DNA of 64,000 bases from Crocinitomicaceae bacterium. GTDB lineage: Bacteria > Bacteroidota > Bacteroidia > Flavobacteriales_D > Crocinitomicaceae. Where the stretch lies: the NCBI GenBank assembly GCA_025210175.1, contig JAOASF010000161.1, positions 6,150 through 70,149 on the forward strand. The letters are read 5' to 3'. Made by a program: the position numbers and the translations under genes. Positions 9,501 through 18,989 of this stretch are shown in pieces (position 1 is the first letter of the stretch; every line of letters begins with the position of its first letter). The notes under the pieces are model-generated. The model searched no databases and was not told where the DNA came from. It saw only the letters and a list, made by a program, of their open reading frames with translations.

Positions 9501-10661
9501 GTACGAGGCGTAGGTGCTTTCTATGTCTAGTGAAGGACCATTTCCTGAGTTGATGATAATGTTGTTCTGAATATTGTATCCTCCCGGTATGAAAGAAGTG
9601 GTAGAAGTGGTACCGTTTACATATAGTCCCCTTCCTACAGTTGTACTTCCGTCTTGAATTAGAACTGTATTGTGCAATACATCAATGTTTGCGCATCCAT
9701 ATGGGTAAATTCCGTAACGTGAAGCGGTGGTAGATGATGTAGAACTGTTTAGCACCATGTTGTTGGTAATCCTCGACGGATTAGCAGCTGATGATGAAAA
9801 ATAACTCAGATGCACTCCATACATTGTAGATGTGGTATTGGTGTGAATGTTGTTTCTGTCCACTATCGCCTGCGATCCCGGTGAGGTTGTAGAATTGGTT
9901 GAATAAATGGCATACTGCGTAGATGTAGCAGCGTTATTCGTAATCGTATTGTTGATTACCTGAAGTGAATCGACATAGGTAGCATAAATGGAATACCCTG
10001 GGTGACCCGTAAATGTCGAGTTTTCAATGTGAATTCTTGACAATCTGTTCGTTGTGGCAGCACCAGTGACGTATACTCCATAACCATTGTTTAAAAACGT
10101 ACAGTTGGTAAAGGACAAACCTCTACCTGCTACTGCTGGAGAGGAACCATAGACGTGTGCATTGCTCGTGGATCCAGATGTTAATACCGGCCCAGTAAAT
10201 GTACAATCCTGAAATTTAATGTCACCCGGCCCTGAGCCATTGACTAAAAACACGTTTCTTCTATAGGTACTCCCGTTAGCAGAAAATTCAATGTTCTTGA
10301 ATGTTACGTAGCGTGTTCCGTTAAGAGTAACAGTACCCTCAGTGGTGGACGTGGCGGCATAACTCAATATGACAGGAGCGATGTTTGTTGGGTTGCTCTG
10401 AAAAGTTACTCCAGCCAAAGCGCTGGCACCGATGATCGTTCCCAAGCTTGCCGTCTCATTATAGGTGCCTTGTTTGACATCTATTGTTACGGTTCCTAAA
10501 ATTCCAAAAGTGTTTAGTCGCGTACAAGCACTTGTAAAGTCTTGAAAGTTATTCCCTGCGGCGGGTTGACCTGGGTCAATGGTAAACGAGCCAGACATTG
10601 GCTGCGCAAATGCAGTAGATGCCATCCATAGGACAGCAAGGGTCTTTATCCAGTTTTTCAT
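6573..10661 (-). CDS. large secreted protein with signal peptide, right-handed parallel beta-helix repeats, several FN3-like modules and a T9SS type A C-terminal sorting domain
   Basis: Signal peptide MKNWIKTLAVLWMASTAFAQ. Asn/Thr/Gly-rich beta-helix repeats (e.g. NCTFLNNGYGVYV, VINNTITNN). Repeated modules of the form C..P.N..F....T...A..SW....NE..W...YGP.GF...YDVY.R..C. The C-terminus NIAPNPTNGLVNL...AGVYLLVLTNENGTGTYRVVKQ looks like Por_Secre_tail. Confidence 0.85.
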   Translation of the reverse strand: MKNWIKTLAVLWMASTAFAQPMSGSFTIDPGQPAAGNNFQDFTSACTRLNTFGILGTVTIDVKQGTYNETASLGTIIGASALAGVTFQSNPTNIAPVILSYAATSTTEGTVTLNGTRYVTFKNIEFSANGSTYRRNVFLVNGSGPGDIKFQDCTFTGPVLTSGSTSNAHVYGSSPAVAGRGLSFTNCTFLNNGYGVYVTGAATTNRLSRIHIENSTFTGHPGYSIYATYVDSLQVINNTITNNAATSTQYAIYSTNSTTSPGSQAIVDRNNIHTNTTSTMYGVHLSYFSSSAANPSRITNNMVLNSSTSSTTASRYGIYPYGCANIDVLHNTVLIQDGSTTVGRGLYVNGTTSTTSFIPGGYNIQNNIIINSGNGPSLDIESTYASYITNLNYNIYNGAGTNLFENGGVQYSSLSAWQTATGFDANSYFGDPIFVSSTDLHVLGSLANDAGNNAASATVDIDGQTRPLAPSTTVDIGADEFVGPSCSSPVNFVFVEGDTTNAVFSWGAGGNETLWSMSYGPIGFTPSSTSPQVTANTIPDTISNLTPNTFYDVYIRSICGAGDTSIFIGPIVANTFDLGQFMELDNVCDTAGFVDISNLFTANALQSDGEAGFLLPWTFYFQGTPVTSITVANNGVIVFNDIAAQVSSANSNTIATTAPQGLYPFWDDLDDNNAQIYWGSVGTAPNRRFIVQWNAKHDFFSTGVPFVFQTILEESTGKIYYQYENTVTGSTSYDNGQSATIGLKGPNQNYPLSYLNSSYLQQNSCVQFTYTKCPKPTNLVFQYITAEEAGISWTAGISNETNWTVIYGPAGFDPATSGVTQTVTANNAILLNLDQLTTYDVYVFADCSPTNQSFGLYGQFTTLPLCSNPTGFAASVSVDTIFTNWSWSPSNAIYPSTGFEVQYGWPDFDPNTEGSTDISDAIVGDTTPDPSLFAGGVYEVYVRAVCDTLVSGYVGPLTVTMPMTNDNVCGAEQIPVDGVNRVFSNVGATVETNESSIAPPTSGNQTTTGWGNNSMNFTTWHRFIAPASGNMRIDATNRTFNGQMAVYEVITCADFTTFTLVAANDDAIEGGSLAPNFTICGLTAGAEYYLVYDSYSTTQTGQYGLKMSQIDLVAGTAGSTVQVCYGDTVNLFDGVIGAQPGGTWVDIDQTFKIVNDSLLNTQGLANITYQFQYLLEDGCASDDVIANYSVVGRASAGSDGALTICKNEPIDVIAGLGGNISSGGQWYDASSNPVASFIDAGGLNVPGNYNYSYIVGNGVCPDDTSVVTVNVLSTCDYLSVEEMILEGLNIAPNPTNGLVNLTWKDQGTTTTVEVKDAQGKRVYWSELKGSNTKLDLSNYEAGVYLLVLTNENGTGTYRVVKQ

Positions 10662-10844
10662 GATTTAAGCTAAATATTGCACCAATTTACGCCGAGATCT
10701 CGAATAAACCTTAACAATAAGTTTATTATTCAACACATTGTGATGGAAATTAACATATTTACCCGTTCTGGTTGGATAACCAAAAACAATCCATTAAGTA
10801 GGACAAATGAACAACATGGGCTAGCTAAGGGCCTGTAAAATAGG

Positions 10845-13800
10845 CTAATCCTTGTACTCGTTTCGTTTCAAGCGCTCTTTAATTTCCTGCAGGTTTTGCA
10901 TTTTTTTGGCTTGACGCTTTCTTTTCGAAGTTTCTGTAAAATATTGGTGATTGGTCAAAAATTGCACCTGTATTTCGTCCCACTGACGATCGCTGTTTAT
11001 TTTGTTGTGTTCTCTCAACTCTTGTCGGAGTCGGTCTGCAATTGGATGAAAATCATCTCTTCCTAAATAATCTAAGTCTGCGTCACACATGATTTCTTCC
11101 AAATGGTTCTTCGGTTTGTGCGGAATTTCGGTAACGTATATTAGCTCCTTTACCGTTTCTATTTGCTCCGCTGTATAACCGTATTTTGGCAAAATCTCTT
11201 CGGCCATTCGCGCACCAATCGGCTCATTTTTATCGTAATCTTCTACAAACCCGGCGTCGTGATAGGTAGCAGCCGACTTCAACAAATAAAGACCTTCGTC
11301 GGTTACACCCTCCTGAATAGCGATGGATTCTGCGGCCCGTACCACATCCCTGGTATGTTCAATACAGTGATAATACAAGTTATCCGACAAACCTTTTTCC
11401 AAAATTCGCATAATGTGACGTTCCGCCTTGTAGTAGTTGATGGAACTGTACATATGCAAGTCGAAAATCTTGCGGAATTTCTCGTTTGGATAGTTTCCTT
11501 CTTCGTCAAGTGAAAGTTCTGGCTTGATACGGTCAACCGTATACATGTCCAACATCCCACGACTTTTCGACTTCACCTTGCCCTTAAAGGTTGTTTCAAA
11601 ATAAGGAACGATATAACGATAAGTAGCACCTGTGATGGTCACTTTTCCAGCCTCCCCCATCATTTCCATTCGCTGGGCTTGGTTTACCGTGGCTCCCCAA
11701 ACATCGTAGGCAAAGCGTTTACTTCCAATTACACCAGCCGTTACTTCTCCCGTATTTATCCCCAGGCGCAAATCCCAAATATGTTCATCTAAATCCTTGT
11801 ATTCTTCACGATATCGACGCATGAAACTTTGAATTTGCAAACCTGCCAAACAAGCTTCAATTGGGTTGGTATTGTTACGAACTGGAACTCCACCGGCTGC
11901 CATGTAGGCATCTCCAATGGTTTTTATTTTCTCGATATTGTTTTTCTCAATGATTTCGTCAAACTGGGTAAAGAAATAATCCAATTTTTGAACCAACTCA
12001 GTCGGACGCATCACGTCTGAAATTTTCGTAAATCCAACAAAATCAGTAAACATCACCGTAACCCTTCTATAGGCTCGGGCATTGGCTCTTCCCTTTCTCT
12101 TTAGTTCATCTGCCGTGTCTTGGGGAATCATGTTGTTGAGCAACTTCTCCGATTTGTCTTTCTCAATTTGCAACAAGGCTTGTTGTTCCACCACCTTATT
12201 ACGCTCCTTTTCAATCTGCGCTTTTTGCTTCTCGATTTTCTTGCTTTGCTCTCTAATTTCGCGGGTTCTTTCTTGAATTTTCATTTCAAGTCGTACCTGC
12301 TCTCTTCTTTGCTCGTCCAGTCTGTAGCGGATATAATAAGCCACGACTATGGCAATAACCACGGCCAACATCAGGAAGAACCACCAGCGCAACCAAAAGG
12401 GAGGTACTACTTTAATTTTCATGGTAGCCGGTTTGGTACTCCAATCACCCAAACCTTTTTTTCCATAGACTTTCAAGGTATAGGTTCCGTATGAAAGTAG
12501 GTTGAACCTAAGTTCATTGTTGTTTCCTAAATAAACCTCTCCTTCGTCACTCCCCTCAAGGGCATACTTGTAATAAATCTGTTCTGGATTAGATAAATCC
12601 GATGCCTGAAACTGAACGGTAAAGGTTCGCTGTTTGTAATTCAAAATCAGCTCATCCGTCAAAGAGATGCTTTTCTTGATCACCTCGTTTTTATCTCTTG
12701 GTGTAATCCAATCTCCGTCAATTCGGAATTTGCTGAACTTCACTTCTACCTCCGGTCGGTTATACGAAAGAGTTCTTGGATCGAAATAGTTGAATCCATA
12801 AATTCCACCGAAATACATACGTCCATCAACGCTTCTCATGTAGGCGCCAAGGTTCATTTCATTGCTCATTAAACCGTCCACTTCGGTATAGTTGCGCGTA
12901 TTTCCATTTCTTGGATCAAGGCGACAAAGTCCACGATTGGTACTAATCCACAAATAACCATCCCTGTCCATCAAGGCTCCGTAAATGAAGCTATTGGGCA
13001 AACCTTTGTTCTTATCGTACGCGTCGGTTTTTCTGTTTTTTGTATTGTGTCGGAGTATACCACTACCTACCGTTCCCAACCAATATTCGTTGGTGGAAGT
13101 TTGCAAAATGCTGGTAATGTAGTCTTTGGAAAACTTGGAAAGAATGTCGTTTCGCTCGTAGGGGACAATCTTTACTCCTTCCTCGGTTTCTTTCAAATAA
13201 TTGAGTCCTCCCCCGCTTGTTGCGAACCACATTTTCCCATTTTTATCGCGATAGGATATTCTACAAGCCCCTGAAACGATTGTGTTGGCTCTGTTCTTCG
13301 GGTCGTGTTTGAAGATTTCGTATTCCTTGCTACCCAAATCGTAAAGAATCACTCCACCCCTGGTGCCCAATAAAAATTTCTTTTCCTTCCAGTAGGCAAT
13401 GGAGTATATTTTTGACATCAAAGGAAAATTCTTTCTGTCGGCAAAAAGTGGCGTGAAGGTATAGTTGTTGGCCGATTGAATATTCAATTCATAAAATCCA
13501 TCACCAGCACCGATTAAAATTCTGTTTGCATCGATTACATACATCGAGAAAACAGCTGCATCCTTCCTCTCTTTTTCGGTTAGTTTCTTGGTGTCTCTGT
13601 AAAAATGATCAAAGCGACCAGCCGACCGATCGTAGCGAGAAACAGAGTTGCTTGTTCCAATAAACAAGTAATTCGCTTCGGCATCTTCGCCGAAACACCA
13701 GACATCCGGGTTGGCCAAACCTTGTTTTAAATCCGCCACTGGACCCACTCCATAAAGGCCTTGATTTTTTGGGTCAAAATTGCTCAGTCCTCTTTCTGTG

Positions 13801-14744
13801 CCCAACCAAAAAGTACCGAAATGATCCTTGAAAATGATATTGATTTCATTGAAAAGCAAGGCGTATTTCTGAAATACATCTTGAGAAGAATTGAAAACAG
13901 AACCATCGTTTCGAACGGTATACAACCCGTTTTTGGAGGTCGTAATGTACCACGTTCCTTCTTCTGTATAAATGTCTGTAACATTCTGAACCCCGTATTT
14001 CTTGTCGATGTTGACAAAGGATTTTTCCAATGATTTTTCCTTTGCATTGTATTGAAAAATACCTTGATTGGTTGCCAAGAAGATTCTGTTCTGGCCAATG
14101 ACCACCATCTTATTAACCTCAAAGTAATCTTTGAATTGATCCTTTTTAATGTCAGTCAATTTGCGGGTATCGATGTTCCAATGGTACAACCCATTTTCCA
14201 TGGTACTAACCAACAACTCACTGCTATTGAGCACCAAAATGTGCTGCGCATGTATGAGTTCGGGAGGTTTGGGTAAACCTTCAAATTTTTTTAAAACAGG
14301 GTTAAAAACCAGAACACCATGGGTGCTACTGGCACAAAAAATTCGGTTGTATTTATCGATGAAAATATCGTCGATGTGCAAGGGAGTAGACCCCTTCAAA
14401 TCGTAGGTAATAAACTTTTCTGTATACGGATTGTAAACGGTTAAACCATTGTTGGTACCAAACCAAATTCTGCCGTCTTTCGATTTACCCGACGACAGAA
14501 TGAACTCACTTTCAAGTCCCTCGGTGTCGTCTGAAGTAAAAATATCAAAAGTGCTTCCATTGAATCGATTTAAACCATCTTGCGTGCCTATCCACAACGA
14601 ATGCGTAAAATCTTGCTGAATGGTAGTAACCACACTTTGCGACAAACCATTGGTGATACTATAGTTACGAAAACGATAGCCCGTTTGTGCCCAAAGGGTA
14701 CCCAGCGAAAGGAAGCAAACTAGTAAGGCATAAAAAAAACGCAA
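10845..14744 (-). CDS. membrane sensor combining beta-propeller (Reg_prop) repeats, a Y_Y_Y domain, one TM helix, a coiled coil, a class III adenylate cyclase and an HD-domain phosphohydrolase
   Basis: 1299 aa. Signal peptide, then repeated ..W.GT..GL..[FY] propeller blades. Y_Y_Y-like IYYKYALEG...YTLKVYGK. TM WWFFLMLAVVIAIVVAYYI. Cyclase motifs VTVMFTDFVGFT, IKTIGDAYMAAGG, GINTGEVTAGVIG, YDVWGATVNQAQRME. HD motifs HCIEHTRDV, ATYHDAGF, MCDADLDYLG. Confidence 0.85.
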   Translation of the reverse strand: MRFFYALLVCFLSLGTLWAQTGYRFRNYSITNGLSQSVVTTIQQDFTHSLWIGTQDGLNRFNGSTFDIFTSDDTEGLESEFILSSGKSKDGRIWFGTNNGLTVYNPYTEKFITYDLKGSTPLHIDDIFIDKYNRIFCASSTHGVLVFNPVLKKFEGLPKPPELIHAQHILVLNSSELLVSTMENGLYHWNIDTRKLTDIKKDQFKDYFEVNKMVVIGQNRIFLATNQGIFQYNAKEKSLEKSFVNIDKKYGVQNVTDIYTEEGTWYITTSKNGLYTVRNDGSVFNSSQDVFQKYALLFNEINIIFKDHFGTFWLGTERGLSNFDPKNQGLYGVGPVADLKQGLANPDVWCFGEDAEANYLFIGTSNSVSRYDRSAGRFDHFYRDTKKLTEKERKDAAVFSMYVIDANRILIGAGDGFYELNIQSANNYTFTPLFADRKNFPLMSKIYSIAYWKEKKFLLGTRGGVILYDLGSKEYEIFKHDPKNRANTIVSGACRISYRDKNGKMWFATSGGGLNYLKETEEGVKIVPYERNDILSKFSKDYITSILQTSTNEYWLGTVGSGILRHNTKNRKTDAYDKNKGLPNSFIYGALMDRDGYLWISTNRGLCRLDPRNGNTRNYTEVDGLMSNEMNLGAYMRSVDGRMYFGGIYGFNYFDPRTLSYNRPEVEVKFSKFRIDGDWITPRDKNEVIKKSISLTDELILNYKQRTFTVQFQASDLSNPEQIYYKYALEGSDEGEVYLGNNNELRFNLLSYGTYTLKVYGKKGLGDWSTKPATMKIKVVPPFWLRWWFFLMLAVVIAIVVAYYIRYRLDEQRREQVRLEMKIQERTREIREQSKKIEKQKAQIEKERNKVVEQQALLQIEKDKSEKLLNNMIPQDTADELKRKGRANARAYRRVTVMFTDFVGFTKISDVMRPTELVQKLDYFFTQFDEIIEKNNIEKIKTIGDAYMAAGGVPVRNNTNPIEACLAGLQIQSFMRRYREEYKDLDEHIWDLRLGINTGEVTAGVIGSKRFAYDVWGATVNQAQRMEMMGEAGKVTITGATYRYIVPYFETTFKGKVKSKSRGMLDMYTVDRIKPELSLDEEGNYPNEKFRKIFDLHMYSSINYYKAERHIMRILEKGLSDNLYYHCIEHTRDVVRAAESIAIQEGVTDEGLYLLKSAATYHDAGFVEDYDKNEPIGARMAEEILPKYGYTAEQIETVKELIYVTEIPHKPKNHLEEIMCDADLDYLGRDDFHPIADRLRQELREHNKINSDRQWDEIQVQFLTNHQYFTETSKRKRQAKKMQNLQEIKERLKRNEYKD

Positions 14745-14796
14745 TTGACCTTGATTCTATGTTCGCTACAATGTACTAAAAAGGGTTGTAAAATAA

Positions 14797-15318
14797 CTAC
14801 TTAGCCTGATCTTGGTTGGCAGGTGCCGCAGTGATTGCACTGTTCTCCAAATCGCGGTCAAACATGTACATTCCACCTTTGTCGCCACCAATCAATTTCA
14901 ATTTGTCAAGGATGGTTCTTGCCAAGGCTTCTTCTTCTAACTGCTCTGATACGTACCACTGAACGAAGTTGTGCGTTGTGTAGTCTTTTTCTTGCAAACA
15001 AATGTCTACCAATGAATTGATGCTAGCTGTTACGGCTAATTCGTGTTCCAACAACAATTCAAAAACATGCTCTAGGCTTTCGAATTCAACGGGTGGTTGC
15101 TCAACCGCAGGAATGATAGCTTGTCCCCCACGCTCGTTGATAAACTTCACCAATTTCAACATATGAAAACGCTCTTCGTCCGAGTGCTGATACAAGAATT
15201 GAGCAGTACCATTCAGTCCCTTCGTTTCTGCCCACGAAGCCATGGCCAAATAAAACTGAGAAGATGATCCTTCTTTAATAACTTGTTCGTTTAATGCTTT
15301 TTCTACTCTAGCGTTCAT
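14797..15318 (-). CDS. ferritin (non-haem, Ftn type)
   Basis: 173 aa. The ferroxidase-centre context EGSSSQFYLAMASWAE...HSDEERFHMLKLVKFI...EHELAVT is typical of bacterial ferritin. Confidence 0.85.
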   Translation of the reverse strand: MNARVEKALNEQVIKEGSSSQFYLAMASWAETKGLNGTAQFLYQHSDEERFHMLKLVKFINERGGQAIIPAVEQPPVEFESLEHVFELLLEHELAVTASINSLVDICLQEKDYTTHNFVQWYVSEQLEEEALARTILDKLKLIGGDKGGMYMFDRDLENSAITAAPANQDQAK

Positions 15319-15423
15319 ATTATTTATTTTACCTTTTAAACAAAGTTAGCAAAGAGATGTTCATAAGCGCCGAATCGCTATATTAATCTTACCTTAGCAT
15401 TTGAAAAAATCGATGATTTAAAC

Positions 15424-17574
15424 ATGGCGAAAAAAAAATTCAAGCAACCAAAACCTAAGCAGAAATTGCGCAACGGTCTTAAAAATGCTATTCGCCGTTT
15501 TTTTGAAAGCAATCCCGATCAACGTTTTACCCACAAGCAAATTTCCCACGCACTCGATTTGCGCGATAGTCCTGTTCGCAAGTTAGCATACGATATCATG
15601 ATGGGCATGAAGCGAGAGGGTATTTTACAATCTTTTGGTCATGGAGATTTTCAGTACAACCCAGATACCAATTATGTCATTGGTTATTTGGATTTAAACA
15701 CCAGAGGTACTGGTTTTGTGAAAGTGGATGGAATGGAACGAGATGTTTTCATTGCTCCACAAAATGTGGGTAACAGTATGATTGGCGACTTGGTGAAGGT
15801 TCAGGTTATGAGCAAGAGCACCAATCGCTGGGAAGGGTCAATTGTAGATGTAATTGAACGCGAACGAACCCAGTTTGTCGGTACCATTCAAATGAACGAC
15901 AATTTCGCCTTTTTGATACCTGACAACCAACGTGTTGGAACGGATATTTACCTCCCTAAAGATAAATTAAAAGGAGCAAAAAATAGAGACAAAGCACTTG
16001 TAAAAGTGACCGTTTGGCCAAAAACATCCGCGAATCCTTATGGAGAAGTTTTGGAAATTTTGACCAATAATTCAACCAATGAAAACGAGATGATTTCCAT
16101 CTTGAGTTCGCAAGGTATTGAATACATTTTCCCTCAAGAAGTGGTGGCTCAAGCAGAGACCATTTCCATGGATCTGGATGAAGAAGAAATCAAGAATCGA
16201 CGCGATATGCGTAAGGTGCGCACCTTTACCATCGACCCATTTGATGCGAAAGATTTTGACGATGCGCTTTCTTTTCAACAATTGGAAAACGGTCATTATG
16301 AAATTGGTGTTCACATCGCGGATGTAAGTCACTATGTAACGCCTGATTCACCCATGGATATTGAGGCTTTGAAGCGTTCCAATTCTACTTATTTGGTGGA
16401 TCGTGTGATTCCGATGTTGCCCGAACAATTGTCGAACATGGCCTGTAGTTTACGTCCCCATGAAGACAAATACAGCTTCTCTGCGATCTTCGAAATGGAC
16501 GATAAAGGCAAGTTGCACAAGCAATGGTTTGGCAAGACGGCTATCCATTCCAATCGACGTTTTACCTACGAAGAAGCACAGGAAATTATAGAAGGGAAAG
16601 AAGACAAGGAATGGGGTGAAACCATCTTATTATTCGATAAAATCGCTAAAATTTTGCGAAAAAACCGCATGTCGTCCGGGGCCTTGTCGATCGATTCTGA
16701 AGAAGTTCGCTTCCGTTTGGATGAGGAAGGAATGCCAGAAAGTGTGGTCATAAAAAAGTCAAAAGACGCCAATCATTTGATCGAAGAATTCATGCTTTTA
16801 GCCAACAAAAAGGTGGCTGAATTCATGGGTTCAACCGAGCGCAAAATAAAGGTTCCTTTTATCTACCGCGTTCACGATACACCCGAAGTTGCCAAAATTG
16901 AATTGTTGCAAGTGTTCATTCAAAAATTTGGTTTGAAATTGGACTCTACGCATCCCGATAATATTGCGTCTAGCATCAACAGTTTGTTAGAAACTTTGAA
17001 AGATTCACCCATTTATGGCTTGATTCAAAACATGGCCATTCGCTCGATGGCGAAGGCAACTTATGAAACAGACAACATTGGTCACTACGGTTTGGCCTTT
17101 CGTTATTATACCCATTTTACTTCTCCCATACGTCGTTATGCCGATTTGATGGTTCACCGAATTTTGTTTGAAGAATTGAACAAGCAAAAACACAAATACG
17201 ACAATCAGCTCAACGATATTTGTAAACGCATCTCGCGCAACGAAAGAAAATCTTCTGAGGCTGAAAGAGAGTCTACAAAGTACTTCCAGACCTTGTTTGT
17301 AATGGACAAAATAGGCGAAGAGTTTTCTGGTAAAGTTTCCGGAATTGCAGAGCATGGTTTGTATGTCCGTATGGACGAGAATTACTGTGAAGGAATGATT
17401 GCTATGAATGATATCCCTGGTGATCATTTCTACTTCGATGCAGAAAACTTCAAAATTGTTGGCAAACGCAGCGGAAAAGAATTCAATATTGGCGATGCGG
17501 TAAGGGTTAAAATTTACGAAGTGAACCCACGCAAACGCCAAATTGATTTGGAGTTGGTTGTAGAAAAAGCCTAG
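15424..17574 (+). CDS. rnr: ribonuclease R
   Basis: 716 aa. RNB catalytic-domain motifs (TIDPFDAKDFDDALS, HYGLAF..YTHFTSPIRRYADL) and a C-terminal S1 domain (FSGKVSGIAEHGLYVRM). Confidence 0.9.
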   Translation: MAKKKFKQPKPKQKLRNGLKNAIRRFFESNPDQRFTHKQISHALDLRDSPVRKLAYDIMMGMKREGILQSFGHGDFQYNPDTNYVIGYLDLNTRGTGFVKVDGMERDVFIAPQNVGNSMIGDLVKVQVMSKSTNRWEGSIVDVIERERTQFVGTIQMNDNFAFLIPDNQRVGTDIYLPKDKLKGAKNRDKALVKVTVWPKTSANPYGEVLEILTNNSTNENEMISILSSQGIEYIFPQEVVAQAETISMDLDEEEIKNRRDMRKVRTFTIDPFDAKDFDDALSFQQLENGHYEIGVHIADVSHYVTPDSPMDIEALKRSNSTYLVDRVIPMLPEQLSNMACSLRPHEDKYSFSAIFEMDDKGKLHKQWFGKTAIHSNRRFTYEEAQEIIEGKEDKEWGETILLFDKIAKILRKNRMSSGALSIDSEEVRFRLDEEGMPESVVIKKSKDANHLIEEFMLLANKKVAEFMGSTERKIKVPFIYRVHDTPEVAKIELLQVFIQKFGLKLDSTHPDNIASSINSLLETLKDSPIYGLIQNMAIRSMAKATYETDNIGHYGLAFRYYTHFTSPIRRYADLMVHRILFEELNKQKHKYDNQLNDICKRISRNERKSSEAERESTKYFQTLFVMDKIGEEFSGKVSGIAEHGLYVRMDENYCEGMIAMNDIPGDHFYFDAENFKIVGKRSGKEFNIGDAVRVKIYEVNPRKRQIDLELVVEKA

Positions 17575-18989
17575 TTCAATTTTGTTTGAACAAACTCGCC
17601 ATCAAAGCGGATTAATTCGCCATTACGGTATTCTGAGGTGTGTTTAACTCCCCCCTTTTTGTGGAATTCTATTTTCAATCCATCCAATTTTCCTTCCTTG
17701 TAATGTTCCAGTAAGGAACGCTTCCCATTTTCAAACCAATAGCGATGCCTTCCTTCGGGTATGCCGTCTTTGTATTTTCCTTTGAAGGCTTTCTTACCGT
17801 TGTCGTGTTTGTAAATCCATAAACCTTGTCGCAATCCGTTTTGCATCTCTCCTTTTTCAAGATGGTCGCCAATAAAGTAATATTGTTCCCCTTCTTTGCG
17901 GCTGTATGAAATTTGTTCTTTTTCAATAAGCTCTCCCTTCTCATTATAATCTTTTTGGATTCCTTCACGTTTTCCATTGAAGTAGTTTTCCGTACTTCTA
18001 AGCGTCCCATCTGGATAATACCAGTTCCATGTACCCGAAAGTTGATTGGCTTTGTAATAACCACTCTGTTCAATTTTGCCAGATGGAAAATAATAGGTCC
18101 ACAAGCCATTTTTAGCACCTTCAATGAAATTTCCTCTACACGATACCACATTGCCCTCATAATAAATCCACGTGCTATCCTCGCGTCCTATATCATCCAT
18201 TTTCCCTTCAGCCACCAAAGTGTCGGCTCTAAAGATTTTGGCATAATGAATTTCGCCCTTTTCATTAAAAAATAGTTGATATCCCTCCTTAAGTCCCTTG
18301 TTGGTTACTACCTGCGAAACAACTCTGCCGTTTTCATCCTTTTCCTTTACAAAATTGATGTGTTTTTTTATTTGAGAATAATCTTGAAGTACTCCATTTT
18401 CATAATAGACTTCCTTCTCATTCCCCTTTTGATCTAATTCAATCCATTTGCCTTGTTTCTTGCCGTTTCTTTTTTGATTGATCCGAATTTGATCGCTCAC
18501 TTCCCCATGATCGTATTGAACCACATCGGTAAGAGTTCCTTTGGTGAATAAACGAACAGAACCATCCTTGTTTCCATTTAAATAATTCCCTTCTTCTATC
18601 AACACCCCATTTTCAAAAACAGAATAGGGTCCTTGAAGAGTATCGTTGATATAAAAACCTTCAAAAGAAATTTGCTCGGAGGTATCATAAACCAAATAGG
18701 GACCATTTTTCAAATTGTGTTGATAAGCGATGCTTCTTTCGACTTTTCCTTCTGGTGTGTAAAACACCCAAATGCTATCCAGCTCGCCGGCGCGCCAAAG
18801 TCCTTTACTTTTGATGTTATTATTTAAATAGTAGTTGATCCATAAACCGGTTGGTAATCCTTTCTCAATGAGACCTTCAGCGGTTTTTATACCTTGCTGA
18901 TTTTCAATGATTTGATACCCATCTGAAAGACCTATTTGAGAAGATAGGTAAAACGTTTTGAAAAAACAACACAAGAGTATAAAGCGCAT
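17571..18989 (-). CDS. secreted MORN-repeat-variant (YwqK-like) repeat protein
   Basis: 472 aa. N-terminal signal peptide followed by many G.W..YY.NG....G.Y..G...G.W repeats. Confidence 0.75.
   Translation of the reverse strand: MRFILLCCFFKTFYLSSQIGLSDGYQIIENQQGIKTAEGLIEKGLPTGLWINYYLNNNIKSKGLWRAGELDSIWVFYTPEGKVERSIAYQHNLKNGPYLVYDTSEQISFEGFYINDTLQGPYSVFENGVLIEEGNYLNGNKDGSVRLFTKGTLTDVVQYDHGEVSDQIRINQKRNGKKQGKWIELDQKGNEKEVYYENGVLQDYSQIKKHINFVKEKDENGRVVSQVVTNKGLKEGYQLFFNEKGEIHYAKIFRADTLVAEGKMDDIGREDSTWIYYEGNVVSCRGNFIEGAKNGLWTYYFPSGKIEQSGYYKANQLSGTWNWYYPDGTLRSTENYFNGKREGIQKDYNEKGELIEKEQISYSRKEGEQYYFIGDHLEKGEMQNGLRQGLWIYKHDNGKKAFKGKYKDGIPEGRHRYWFENGKRSLLEHYKEGKLDGLKIEFHKKGGVKHTSEYRNGELIRFDGEFVQTKLN

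Noticed and set aside
17005-17541. 178-aa minus-strand ORF
   Set aside because: It lies antisense within rnr (RNase R), which is unambiguous, and no independent evidence supports it.
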